From assembly GCA_027025175.1 (NCBI GenBank), contig JALVRF010000021.1, forward strand, positions 1-50,314: DNA of 50,314 nucleotides. Direction: 5' to 3'. Source of the DNA: Candidatus Aminicenantes bacterium. Lineage in GTDB: Bacteria; Acidobacteriota; Aminicenantia; S016-38. This document shows, in pieces, positions 6,986-17,053 of this stretch. Positions within the stretch are counted from its first letter, which is position 1. Each line of letters opens with the position of its first letter. The position numbers were made by a program, and so were the translations under genes. The notes below the pieces were generated by a model. That model was not told the DNA's origin. It did not search any database and saw nothing but the letters and a program-made list of their open reading frames with translations.

Positions 6986-9943
6986 ATGCGAACCAAGGTT
7001 ATTTTAGCCTTGGGGGTATTCTTGGTGGCTGCTTTTTTGGTTCCCACTCCCAAGAGGACCCCTAAAGCAACTCCGGCTCTTAGAGCCCTGATAGCCCTTT
7101 ACCGCAATGCCGGCACCTGGACCCTTAAGGGGGATCAGGTATTCAAGGTGGCGGAAAGGATTGTAAAGAACAGGGCAAAAAGGGCTCACAGGAGAATGGT
7201 TGTTCCTAAATGGAAAAAACTGGAGAAGATGCTCAGGAAGGTTTATGGCAAGAACTTCCGTCTCACCGGTGATAGCCTGCTGAAACTGGTGGGAAAGAGA
7301 AATTATACCATTAACGGCTCGGATGTTTATGCCGCCCTCATTATGGTAAACGGAGACGGAAATTTCCTTCGCTCCTACGGGGTGAAAATTCTCGGAAGAT
7401 ATGTAACCGACAAGGGAACCACTATGATAGCCGCTGATCTTCCCATTGCCTCAACGCCGAAACTCCTCAGGGACAGCAAGGTAAAGGGGATATTCGTCAC
7501 TGCCAGAATGATCCCCACCCTTGACAAGTCCGTTCCTGCTACCGGGGCCGCCAGGATAAGGATCAGGGAATACAGCAACTTCTCCAAGGGCTACACCGGA
7601 GAGGGTGTAGTGGTGGGCGATGTGGATACTGGTATTGACTGGAGCCATGAGGACTTCGTTGACCCGGTAACTGGAAAAACCAGGATCAAATACATCTGGG
7701 ACCAGACTGTTGATACAGCCGGCCAGACTCCTGCGGATTCCGACCCTGATCTTGCTTCCTTCAACTACGGAACTGAATGGACTGAAGACCAGATTAACAA
7801 CGGGCTCTGCACCGAAACCGACGAAGACGCCCACGGAACCCATGTTATGGGTACTGCTGCCGGTAACGGTTACGCCACTGGCAACGGATATCACCGCTGG
7901 CGCTACATAGGAGTGGCCCCCAAAGCCGACATAATAATGGTCAAAACCTCATTCTACACCAGCGACATAATTAACGGGATAAAGTACATATTTGAAAAGG
8001 CCAAGGACATGGGGAAACCCGCTGTGGTTAACCTTTCACTGGGTTATGGATTTTATGTGGAACCCGGTGGAGGATTCGGAATCTGCCATTACCCTGGACC
8101 CTATGACAGTTCTTATCCTTATTATTCCGGCCTTACTCCTTATGGTGTGTATTTCCCTGCGGATGGGACAGATGACTGGTTAACTGGTTCTGTCGAAAGC
8201 GTTATTGATGAATACGGAAGCGGTTATTTCGTGGTTAAATCCGCTGGAAACGACGGGCACTGGAACACCTACACCGACATAACCGGAGGGGATTATCCCT
8301 ATACTGTAGGGGCTGAACACGCCCAGGGAGACCTTTCCCGGGGACCCTTTACCATAAAATGGAATGCCTACGACTATGTGAACAATCTTTTTGGGTTTGG
8401 CTCCTGGCTCTTCTATTACGAGAACCATTTCGCCTTCTGGTTTGAAGGAAATCCAACGGTTCAGATAACTATAACAGGACCCCATGGGACAACCTATACG
8501 GGCGGGACTGGTGACCAACGCTGGCAGTGGCAGCCCGTCGGACCTCCGCCCTACGACGGGGATGTGGCCTTTGACTTTTCCTACGGACCATCACCCTGGA
8601 ACGGAGATACCTTCGGGTTCGTTGATGTAACCTATGCCTATAATGCCTGGTATTACTACTACAACAATGGAATGTACCTTCCCTATTACTACTACCAGCC
8701 TGCTCCTGGAGAATGGACCATGAAGGTGGAGGCGGTCTCCGGAGGAGGACCCTTTGACATCTATGCCCACGACTATGTGATGTATTATGGACATGTCTAT
8801 CCTATGAGTTATGTGTCTTATTCCCCCATAACCTACAATTACGATTATTCAAAATACATAATTGACTTCGGCGTATCGGATAAAGTTATTACCGTGGGTG
8901 CGTGGAATACCAAATGGTACTGGCACGCCTCCACCGGCGGTTACTATACCTATTTAACCCAGCCTTGGATTGGGACCGTGGCTGAATTTTCCTCTCCGGG
9001 GCCAACCAGGGACGGAAGGCTTAAACCCGACATTTCCGCTCCCGGGGAAATAATTATTTCCTCTGCCTCCTCTGATGCCTCATGGAATCCCTCAAGCCTT
9101 GCCGAAGATGGGGTCCACGGACAGATGTCCGGAACATCCATGGCTGCTCCCCATGTTACCGGCGCCGTGGCCCTGATAATCCAGAAGTACCTGAAGAAGG
9201 GAAGGGTTCCCAATCTAAATCAGATAAAGAGAAAAATAACCGGCTGGGCCAGATCTGACCTTCATGTCCGCGGTTACGGAGGACCTCCCAATAAAGCCTT
9301 CGGATACGGAAAACTTGATGTGGTTTACCTTAAAGACGCTCCGGTTGCAGTGGCCGAACACGAGGCCGAACTTACCCGGGTGAAGACCTCTATTATCTTC
9401 GTGGGCCACAAGGCCCTGCTTGACGGGACAAAGTCCTATGACCCGGACGACTTCCCTCTGACCTATTCCTGGACCCTGGTAGGGAAACCCTCTGGAAGCG
9501 CTGCGGTTATAGAGGATGCTGACAGGGATGTGGCCAGCCTTACCCCGGATGCTCCCGGAACTTACAAGGTTAAACTTGTGGTTAATAACGGGGTCTGGGA
9601 TTCTGAGCCCGCCTACCTTACCCTGGAAGCAAGGGTTCCCATAAGCCCCCCTGCCAGTTTCCAGGTTCAGAGGATAGAGAACACCAACGGGTTCCAGATC
9701 GAATATGTGAACAAACTTACATGGGAAGCCAACCCGGACAACAAGGATGTGAAGGTTGCCAAATACAGAATCTACCGCAGAGTAAAGGGTTCCGGTGGAG
9801 CCATGAGTCTTATTGCAGAAGTTAATGCCGGCACCTATGAGTACCTTGATAGAGGCCTCGGAGCCAACGATTATTACGAATACGCCATAACTGCTGTGGA
9901 CGAGGACGGAAACGAATCCCTGCCCGCCTACGGAAGCAACTAA
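6986..9943 (+). CDS. Secreted S8 (subtilisin-family) serine protease with large Tyr-rich insertion, PKD-like and FN3-like C-terminal domains
   Basis: Triad motifs DVDTGID, HGTHVMG, GTSMAAPHV; oxyanion SAGND; FSSPGP..DGRLKPD; LDGTKSYDPD..LTYSW (PKD-like); LTW..YRIYR..YEYAITAVD..GNES (FN3). Confidence 0.93.
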   Translation: MRTKVILALGVFLVAAFLVPTPKRTPKATPALRALIALYRNAGTWTLKGDQVFKVAERIVKNRAKRAHRRMVVPKWKKLEKMLRKVYGKNFRLTGDSLLKLVGKRNYTINGSDVYAALIMVNGDGNFLRSYGVKILGRYVTDKGTTMIAADLPIASTPKLLRDSKVKGIFVTARMIPTLDKSVPATGAARIRIREYSNFSKGYTGEGVVVGDVDTGIDWSHEDFVDPVTGKTRIKYIWDQTVDTAGQTPADSDPDLASFNYGTEWTEDQINNGLCTETDEDAHGTHVMGTAAGNGYATGNGYHRWRYIGVAPKADIIMVKTSFYTSDIINGIKYIFEKAKDMGKPAVVNLSLGYGFYVEPGGGFGICHYPGPYDSSYPYYSGLTPYGVYFPADGTDDWLTGSVESVIDEYGSGYFVVKSAGNDGHWNTYTDITGGDYPYTVGAEHAQGDLSRGPFTIKWNAYDYVNNLFGFGSWLFYYENHFAFWFEGNPTVQITITGPHGTTYTGGTGDQRWQWQPVGPPPYDGDVAFDFSYGPSPWNGDTFGFVDVTYAYNAWYYYYNNGMYLPYYYYQPAPGEWTMKVEAVSGGGPFDIYAHDYVMYYGHVYPMSYVSYSPITYNYDYSKYIIDFGVSDKVITVGAWNTKWYWHASTGGYYTYLTQPWIGTVAEFSSPGPTRDGRLKPDISAPGEIIISSASSDASWNPSSLAEDGVHGQMSGTSMAAPHVTGAVALIIQKYLKKGRVPNLNQIKRKITGWARSDLHVRGYGGPPNKAFGYGKLDVVYLKDAPVAVAEHEAELTRVKTSIIFVGHKALLDGTKSYDPDDFPLTYSWTLVGKPSGSAAVIEDADRDVASLTPDAPGTYKVKLVVNNGVWDSEPAYLTLEARVPISPPASFQVQRIENTNGFQIEYVNKLTWEANPDNKDVKVAKYRIYRRVKGSGGAMSLIAEVNAGTYEYLDRGLGANDYYEYAITAVDEDGNESLPAYGSN

Positions 9944-9954
9944 GGAGGTAAAAG

Positions 9955-10509
9955 ATGAGAAAGGCTCTTATAATCGCCATGGTTCTTGTCCTTCCTTTAG
10001 GTCTCTTTGCCGGGAATCTCTTTGGGGAATTTTCCCTGGGCTATAGGCTCCAGGGTGATTCAACCCTCAGGGATGTTTACGGCGGTGGGGCCCTTCAACC
10101 GACATTGGGTGTAGGAACCCATATGGGAAAGATTCACCTGGTTCTTTCTACCGGATACTTTGCCAATTCTGGTAAAACCCTTGGCCTGGAGGAGAAAACC
10201 ACCCTTTCCTATATCCCCCTGTTCGTAAAGGCCTTCTATCCCTTCAAGATGAAGTCCAGCATACACCCCTATGTGGGAGCAGGTGTAGGTCTTCTATTTT
10301 ACAGGGTAAGCAACGACAGTCCAGCACTGGAGGATGTAAGCAAAACCGCCTTTGGCTTTGAGCCTGAAGTTGGAATATGCAAACCCATATCCAAGGGCAG
10401 GGTGGCAGTGGTTTCCCTCAGTTACCTCTTTGCCAGTGCCAAACCCTTTGGAGTAAGTCGTAACCTCGGAGGGCTTAAGTTCTCGGTGGGCTTAAGGGCT
10501 AAGTTCTGA
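9955..10509 (+). CDS. Small outer-membrane beta-barrel protein (OmpA/OmpW-like, about 8 strands)
   Basis: Signal peptide, amphipathic strands, PYVGAGVG, C-terminal Phe; SD AAGGAGG. Confidence 0.82.
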   Translation: MRKALIIAMVLVLPLGLFAGNLFGEFSLGYRLQGDSTLRDVYGGGALQPTLGVGTHMGKIHLVLSTGYFANSGKTLGLEEKTTLSYIPLFVKAFYPFKMKSSIHPYVGAGVGLLFYRVSNDSPALEDVSKTAFGFEPEVGICKPISKGRVAVVSLSYLFASAKPFGVSRNLGGLKFSVGLRAKF

Positions 10510-10515
10510 AATAAA

Positions 10516-10551
10516 AGGGGAGGGGGATATTCCCCTCCCCTCCCTCTCTTT
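10516..10551. terminator. Hairpin after the beta-barrel gene
   Basis: AGGGGAGGGGG-ATAT-TCCCCTCCCCT; A-run before, pyrimidine run after. Confidence 0.65.
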
Positions 10552-10574
10552 CTCGTTGATAAGGAGGAATTTCC

Positions 10575-11702
10575 ATGAGGTTTAGTTATGTTATTCTGAT
10601 AATCCCATTGACCTTATTTCTCCTTTCGGGATGTGGCGGTAAGAAACCCGGGGAAGTCGCATGGTCCTATCAGTTGCCGGTGATAAGTGCTCCGGCGGTG
10701 GATGTGAATGGGGATGTGATAATGACCTCATTGAAGGGGAAGGTGGTTAGATTTTCAGCCTCCGGCAGGGTTAAATGGGTTTACGAACCCAGGAATGAAG
10801 AAGGAAAAGGCCAGGCCATAGTCTCGTCCCCCTCTGTGGATGAAAGGGGAAATATATATTTTACCACCAACGATGGATTCATTTATTCCCTTACAAAGGA
10901 AGGAAATCTTCGCTGGAGGAAGGAGGTCTCAGGTGCTGTTTCCTCCTCCCCGGCTATTCACCCCATGGGCCTGGTGATTTTCGGTGCCTATGATACTGCA
11001 ATTTACGCCTTTGACCTTGAGGGAAATCTCAAATGGAGGGTTTTCACCAATGGGCCGATATTCGCCACCCCTTCTATTACCAGGGATGGTAAGGTGATAA
11101 TCGCCAGCAATGATAAGGCGGTTTATTGCCTCAACGAGCAGGGGGAAATCCAATGGAAGTTTCCTACCAGAGGGGTGGTGAGAACCTCCGCTGCCCTGGA
11201 TAACGAGGGAAACATATACATTACCGGTATGGATCACTACCTTTATAAAATTTCCCCTGAGGGCAAGAAAGTATGGGAGTTTAAGGCAAACTACTGGATT
11301 AAAACGGATCCTATAATTGACGCCCAGGGGAATATATATTTCGGGACTTCCATAGGTGATTACTATTCGGTAAACAGGGACGGTAAGCTTAACTGGAAGT
11401 ATAAGATTAAATTCCCCATAAAATCCACGGGTTTCATAGGGGACGATGGGGTGGTTTATGTGGGGACCAATGATATATCCATAATGGGTTTTAGTAAAGA
11501 TGGCAAGCGGGTTTTCAGGTTTGAGGAGCCCCAGGGAAACCCTGTGGAAGCCAAATTGAGCCTTGTTCCGGGGAAAGGGTATTTACTCTTTGGAACCACG
11601 CAGTTCTACGCAGTCAAGGTAACTGCTAACTCCCTGGAAAAGGGGGCTCCGTGGCCTAAATTCATGGGTAACCTGAGAAACTGGGGAAGAAATGCCCGAT
11701 AA
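10575..11702 (+). CDS. PQQ-like beta-propeller lipoprotein (BamB-like fold)
   Basis: Lipobox LSGC; repeated SSP..D.EGNIY...G..KW blades. Confidence 0.85.
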   Translation: MRFSYVILIIPLTLFLLSGCGGKKPGEVAWSYQLPVISAPAVDVNGDVIMTSLKGKVVRFSASGRVKWVYEPRNEEGKGQAIVSSPSVDERGNIYFTTNDGFIYSLTKEGNLRWRKEVSGAVSSSPAIHPMGLVIFGAYDTAIYAFDLEGNLKWRVFTNGPIFATPSITRDGKVIIASNDKAVYCLNEQGEIQWKFPTRGVVRTSAALDNEGNIYITGMDHYLYKISPEGKKVWEFKANYWIKTDPIIDAQGNIYFGTSIGDYYSVNRDGKLNWKYKIKFPIKSTGFIGDDGVVYVGTNDISIMGFSKDGKRVFRFEEPQGNPVEAKLSLVPGKGYLLFGTTQFYAVKVTANSLEKGAPWPKFMGNLRNWGRNAR

Positions 11703-11721
11703 CCCGTGGCATAATTAGTTT

Positions 11722-14700
11722 ATGTATCTGCATTCAATACTTCTCAGCGGATTCAAAACCTTTCCAGTAAGAACTCATATTAAATTCCATCCTGGAATAA
11801 CGTCCATAGTGGGTCCCAACGGTTCAGGGAAAAGCAATATAGTGGATGGCATTCTCTGGGCCATGGGAGAAGGGAGGTATTCCCTTCTCAGGGCAACGAG
11901 GATGGAGGATGTGATTTTCAAGGGTTCTTCGTCCCGTAGTGCCCTTTCCAGGGCCGAAGTAATCCTGAATTTTGTCCAGGGAGAAGAAAGCCTCAGCATA
12001 GGGAGAAGAATTTACCGGGAAGGGGACAGCGAATTTATCATAAACGGTTCCCCGGCCAGACTTAGGGATGTTCAGGACAAACTAAGGGAAATAGGGATAG
12101 AATCCAGGGAATATGTGGTAATAGAGCAGGGTCAGGTTGAGTCTTTCCTCAACATGAGTCCCCAGGAGAGGCTCATATTCCTTGAGGCCCTGGCAGGAGT
12201 GACCATGTTTAAAGAGAGGAAAAGGGATGCCCTGCGCAACCTTTCCAGGATAGAGGAAAAACTCTCGGTGGTCAGGATGAGGGAGGATGAAATAAGCCAG
12301 GCCTACGAGAAAATAAAGGAGGAACTTGATGTTCTAAAAAAATACAGAGCCCTCACCTTAGAACTGGAAAAACTCTTTTCTACCCTTCTCTTAAAAAGGA
12401 GGGAGAAAATAATTTCATCACTTTCGGATTTAAGCAATGAGGAGAAGAAAATACAGACCAGACTTGTTGACCTCTCCGGCCAGAAGGAGGCCCTTCTTGG
12501 TGAGGCCAGACAGTTAAGCGAGGCCAAGGCGAATCTTATGGAAAAAATAAATCTTCTGGAAAGGAAGAGAGGTGAGATAAAGCAGAAAAGATCCGAACTT
12601 TCCCCTGAGATAATTAGCCTTACAGGGAGCCTTTCCTCTCTGGAGGAGAAACTGGAAGGGGCCCGTAGGAAAAAACAGGAACTTTCTTCCAGGAAGGTTT
12701 TTCTTGAGGAAAGGATTAAAGAACTCCGTAGTCTACTTGAGGAGGAGAGAAAAAAATACCTTCATCTGCACGAAAGGTTCCAGGAAGTTAAAGAAAAACT
12801 CAGGCAGACAGAAGCCATGGTGGAATCTATCAGGAAAGAATATCTGGAGAAATCCGGGCTTTACAAGCAGAAGATTGCTCTCCTGGAGGAGAGGAAAAGG
12901 GAACGGGAAAGAAGGGAGAGAAGATTGAAGGAGGCCTTAGAGGAAAGGGAGAAGGTAAAGGAAAAAATTGAAGCCTTGGAAAAAAGGGAAGTGAAATTTC
13001 CATCGGGTCTTTCCAAAATTAAGGAGGAAATTTCAAAAAAGAGGGAAAGGCTCAGCGAAATCTCCAGGAGAAAATCCGTGGCAGAGGAGAAGTTAAGGCA
13101 GGTAAGGAGAAGCCTGGAATTTCTCAGAAGGACTGTCCATGGAAAGAAACTTAGGAAGATAAAGATAAAGGATGAGTTTTCGGACCTGGCGGAAATTCTA
13201 TGGGAAAGGGAACTTTCCGCAGAGGACCTGAAGGATGGGGAACTCCCCCCTGGCCTATACCTGATTGAAAAGAAATGGGAAAGCGAGGATTTTAAAAGGA
13301 TTTCCGGTTCTGAGGTTCCGTTCCGGGATGCTTTGTGGCGACAGAATCTCAAAGAGGCCATTGGGGCCTGGGAGAGGACAGGCAAGCCAGTTGTTTTTCC
13401 CGGGGGGGTAGTTTTTCCGGAAGGGGTGGTCAGGATAAAAGGGCAGACCCCTGGAACCCTATCCCTTCTTATTCAAATAGAGAATCTGGAAGGAGAGGCC
13501 AGGGAACTGGAAGGGGAGATAGAGGGGTTGAAAAACCAAGAGAGGGAACTTAAAAGGACGCTTGAGGAACTTGTCCATCACGCCAGGGCCCTTGAAAGGG
13601 AAGAACAAAAGGCAGAACAGGAGCAGAAGAGGATAGAGAAGGAAATCCACCGCCTCAGGGAAAAACTCTCTGTGCTGAATGCTGAAATAGAGAGGCTTTC
13701 AGGCCATGAGGATGGCCCTGAAGAGGACCTCAGTCCCCTGAGTTCGGAAATTGAAGCCTTAGAGGAGAGGCTCCATAACCTGGAAAAGCAACTTTCAAGG
13801 AAAAGGGGGGAATATTCGGAGGTGAGCACGGACCTGAAGGTCTCCAACAGGGAAATAGTCAGGCTTGAGGAGGAAGTGAAAAATGCCCAAAAGAACCTGA
13901 AACGCTCCCTCAAGGAGATGGAGACCCTGGAAGGAAAGATTTTCCATTTTGAGGGGGAAATTTCCCGTTTGAAGAAGGCCCTTCAGGAGGCCAGGAGCAT
14001 GGACAGGGAGTTGGAGGAGCAGGAAGGAAGCCTGGAAGAGGAAATTTCCTCCCTCCTCAGGGAAAACGGAGAAATAGAGGATAAATTAAAGGGAGTTGAC
14101 AGGAAAATTGAGAGGATAAGAAGGGAGGAGGAAAAACTCAAGTCAAGACTGGGGGAAATGAAGGCCAGGGAAAGTGAACTTCGGGAAAGGCTGGAGAGTC
14201 TGAAAAGGGAGGCGCTGGACAGGGTGGGGAAACCCCTCCTTTCCTTACAGATTTACTATGATCTTTCTGAAGAGGAATTGATGGAGAGAATCTCAGGGAC
14301 AGAGGCAAAAAGGGAGTCTCTGGGGGAGATAAACTTCAAGGCCGAAAGGGAAGAGAGGGAAATACGGGAACAACTGGAAGAAATCCAGACCCAGCGCAGG
14401 GATCTGGAGGAAAGCGTAAATAAGGCAAAGGAAGCCCTCCTATCCATGGAAACCTCCTACAGGGAGAAAATAGAGAGGGCCTTTTTTGACCTTAAGGAGG
14501 AATACTCCCGGTTGTTTTCTTCGGTGGCCGAAGGGGAGACCCTGATGGAATTCAAGGACGGACTCCAGGTCAGTGTAAGATTCAAGGGTAAAAATTTTCA
14601 GCCCCTGTCCATGCTTTCTGGTGGAGAAAGAGCCCTGGCTTCCCTTCTTTTTCACATTGCCCTTTTCAGGATTAAACCTGCCCCTTTTCTGATTCTGGAC

Positions 14701-14907
14701 GAAGTTGATGCTCCCCTTGACCTTCCCAATATACAGAAATTGGTAAACCTGATAAAGGAACTCAAAAGAGATACCCAGATAATAATAATAACCCACAATC
14801 CCGCAACGGCCAGGCAGGCGGACTTTATTTACGGCATAAGCATGCCAGAAGACGGAACATCAAGGGTTTATTCCATGCGCGCGGAGGATCTTTACAATTC
14901 CGTTTGA
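11722..14907 (+). CDS. smc: Chromosome segregation protein SMC (short hinge)
   Basis: GFKTF, Walker A GPNGSGKS, Q-loop IEQG, long coiled coils, LSGGE, LDEVDAPLD, ITH. Confidence 0.92.
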   Translation: MYLHSILLSGFKTFPVRTHIKFHPGITSIVGPNGSGKSNIVDGILWAMGEGRYSLLRATRMEDVIFKGSSSRSALSRAEVILNFVQGEESLSIGRRIYREGDSEFIINGSPARLRDVQDKLREIGIESREYVVIEQGQVESFLNMSPQERLIFLEALAGVTMFKERKRDALRNLSRIEEKLSVVRMREDEISQAYEKIKEELDVLKKYRALTLELEKLFSTLLLKRREKIISSLSDLSNEEKKIQTRLVDLSGQKEALLGEARQLSEAKANLMEKINLLERKRGEIKQKRSELSPEIISLTGSLSSLEEKLEGARRKKQELSSRKVFLEERIKELRSLLEEERKKYLHLHERFQEVKEKLRQTEAMVESIRKEYLEKSGLYKQKIALLEERKRERERRERRLKEALEEREKVKEKIEALEKREVKFPSGLSKIKEEISKKRERLSEISRRKSVAEEKLRQVRRSLEFLRRTVHGKKLRKIKIKDEFSDLAEILWERELSAEDLKDGELPPGLYLIEKKWESEDFKRISGSEVPFRDALWRQNLKEAIGAWERTGKPVVFPGGVVFPEGVVRIKGQTPGTLSLLIQIENLEGEARELEGEIEGLKNQERELKRTLEELVHHARALEREEQKAEQEQKRIEKEIHRLREKLSVLNAEIERLSGHEDGPEEDLSPLSSEIEALEERLHNLEKQLSRKRGEYSEVSTDLKVSNREIVRLEEEVKNAQKNLKRSLKEMETLEGKIFHFEGEISRLKKALQEARSMDRELEEQEGSLEEEISSLLRENGEIEDKLKGVDRKIERIRREEEKLKSRLGEMKARESELRERLESLKREALDRVGKPLLSLQIYYDLSEEELMERISGTEAKRESLGEINFKAEREEREIREQLEEIQTQRRDLEESVNKAKEALLSMETSYREKIERAFFDLKEEYSRLFSSVAEGETLMEFKDGLQVSVRFKGKNFQPLSMLSGGERALASLLFHIALFRIKPAPFLILDEVDAPLDLPNIQKLVNLIKELKRDTQIIIITHNPATARQADFIYGISMPEDGTSRVYSMRAEDLYNSV

Positions 14908-14965
14908 GGGTTCTCCTTAAAGATAAATTGCCCCTTTATTTTTGTCGCTGAGTTATAATTTTCCC

Positions 14966-17053
14966 GTGCTCAGGAAAAAAGTCCTTATTTCCGCGGGGGT
15001 AATTTTAGGGGTATTCGTTCTTCTTTTCGCTGTGGAGGTTTACATATCCAGAATCTCCCCTTCAGCAGGTCCTTCAGAAACTCTGCTTTTATTCTTCCTC
15101 TGGAACATCGTCATTATCCTTTTTTTGATACTTGCCTTCGTCCTGGGGAGAAATTTCCTGAAACTCTACCTGGAACGACGGAGGATGGTTCTTGGGGCCA
15201 AACTCAAGACGAAGTTAGTCATGTTCTTTTTCCTTTTTACATTGATTCCCACCATCATGATTTTCTTCTTTGCCTCGGACATAATAGGAAGGTCCGTGGA
15301 AAGCTGGTTTCAAACCCCCATGGACAGCATAATGAAGGACATAGAGGAACTTTCCCAGCAGTTTTACGAAAGTTGGAAGCCCCACCTTCTCCATTACGCA
15401 AAATTGATAGGAAAGGAGATCAAGGGAGAAGAGGATTTCCAGAGCCTTTTCTCCATGGTAAGGTCAAGGATGATTGAGTACAACATTGACCTTGTGGGGA
15501 TATACTCCGGGGAAAACGAGGTGTTCACCCTTATAAATCCCTCCCTTCCCCTCCATGCTTACAGGGACCTACCTCCCCTTACCCTGAAGAAGGGCATGAT
15601 AGGCGAAGCAGGATGCGTGGTGGATCCCATGGAAAAAGGGGATCTGATAAGATGTGTGGCCCCCGGGAAGAAGGGAGGATATCTGGTGGCCGTGGGAAAA
15701 TTCGTTCCCCAGAGCGTTTCCCAAAAGGTGGCCCTCCTTAAATCCGTGGTTACCCGGTACCGGGAGGTAAAACTTCTCAGGAATCCCATGAAGACCACAT
15801 ACATACTTTTTCTTCTCCTGCTTTCCCTCCTGATTTTATTTTCCGCCTCCTGGGTGGGAATACAGATAGCCAAGAACATAACAAAACCCGTAGAGGAACT
15901 CCTCTCTGCCACTGAGCGGCTTTCCAGGGGTGATTTTTCCGTAAGGGTCAAACCCAGGGGGGAGGACGAAATGGGGCTCCTGGTTCAGGCCTTCAACAGG
16001 ATGGTGGAAGAACTCAGGAGGCAGAGGGAGGAGATAGAGGCTAGGAAAAACTACATTGAGGTCCTTTTAGACGCCATAAATCCAGGAGTTATAGGAATTT
16101 CCAGGGAAGGGAGGATAATCTCTGCAAATCCCTCGGCAGTTTCCCTTCTCGGCCTTGAAGGCAAGATAGGCCTTCCCATAAATGAGGCCATAGGGGAATC
16201 TGAACTGGTAAAGATTCTGCAGGAAGGAATAGAAAAAGGACAGCCTCTGGAATCCATGGAAGTGGTTCTGAACATAGGGGGAAGTTCAAAGCACATACTT
16301 TTGAATTTCGTCCCCATAAGGAGGGAAAAGGAAATTCAGGGATACATAGCCGTGCTGGAGGACATAACCGCCATAGTTAATACCCAGAAGATGGAGGTAT
16401 GGAGGGAGGTTGCCCGGAGGATTGCCCACGAGATAAAAAATCCCCTTACCCCCATAACCCTGTCAGCCCAGAGGATTATAACCAAAATAAGGTCCGGGAA
16501 TTTCTCCCATCAGGAGATAGAAAGGGAAGCAAAAAGGATATTATCTGAGACCGTTACCATAAAAACCCTGGCAGAGGATTTCTCCCAGATGGCTAGAATG
16601 CCCCAGATGAGAAAAATTCCCTATTCACTGAGAAAACTCCTGGCCGAACTTTATGATTCCTACAGGGCAACATATCCTGAAATAAAATTCTCCCTGAAAA
16701 TACCCGGGGACTTTCCCGAAACCCTTTATTTTGACCCGGACCAGATAAAAAGGGCCATAAGGAACCTCCTTAACAACGCCGTGGAGGCGGTGGGGAAAGG
16801 GGACAGGATAACCATAGAGGCAGAGGCGGACTTAGAAAGGGGCCTCTGGAGGGTTATAATATCGGACACCGGTCCTGGGATACCGGACGAGGATAAGGCA
16901 AAAATTTTCACCCCCTATTTTTCCAGAAAAAAGGGGGGGACAGGACTGGGACTTTCCATTGCCATGCAAATAATAAGGGAGCATAACGGGAGCATTTATG
17001 TTAAGGACAACGAACCCAGGGGAGCCAAGTTCATAGTGGAGGTGGCCATTTGA
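14966..17053 (+). CDS. NtrY-like sensor histidine kinase (TM, HAMP, PAS, HisKA, HATPase)
   Basis: WREVARRIAHEIKNPLTPI, NLLNNA, DTGPGI, GTGLGL; start proposed at GTG 14966 (TATAAT 6 nt upstream). Confidence 0.9.
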   Translation: MLRKKVLISAGVILGVFVLLFAVEVYISRISPSAGPSETLLLFFLWNIVIILFLILAFVLGRNFLKLYLERRRMVLGAKLKTKLVMFFFLFTLIPTIMIFFFASDIIGRSVESWFQTPMDSIMKDIEELSQQFYESWKPHLLHYAKLIGKEIKGEEDFQSLFSMVRSRMIEYNIDLVGIYSGENEVFTLINPSLPLHAYRDLPPLTLKKGMIGEAGCVVDPMEKGDLIRCVAPGKKGGYLVAVGKFVPQSVSQKVALLKSVVTRYREVKLLRNPMKTTYILFLLLLSLLILFSASWVGIQIAKNITKPVEELLSATERLSRGDFSVRVKPRGEDEMGLLVQAFNRMVEELRRQREEIEARKNYIEVLLDAINPGVIGISREGRIISANPSAVSLLGLEGKIGLPINEAIGESELVKILQEGIEKGQPLESMEVVLNIGGSSKHILLNFVPIRREKEIQGYIAVLEDITAIVNTQKMEVWREVARRIAHEIKNPLTPITLSAQRIITKIRSGNFSHQEIEREAKRILSETVTIKTLAEDFSQMARMPQMRKIPYSLRKLLAELYDSYRATYPEIKFSLKIPGDFPETLYFDPDQIKRAIRNLLNNAVEAVGKGDRITIEAEADLERGLWRVIISDTGPGIPDEDKAKIFTPYFSRKKGGTGLGLSIAMQIIREHNGSIYVKDNEPRGAKFIVEVAI

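Noticed and set aside
10780-11420. Recurring GGGAAATATATATT-like and AAATGG motifs
   Set aside because: Coding repeats of beta-propeller blades, not a CRISPR array or DNA repeat
11722-14907. SMC as Wadjet (JetC), MksB or SbcC/RecN defence or repair ATPase
   Set aside because: Head motifs match canonical Smc; no jetABD, mksEF or sbcD neighbours and no zinc-hook CxxC
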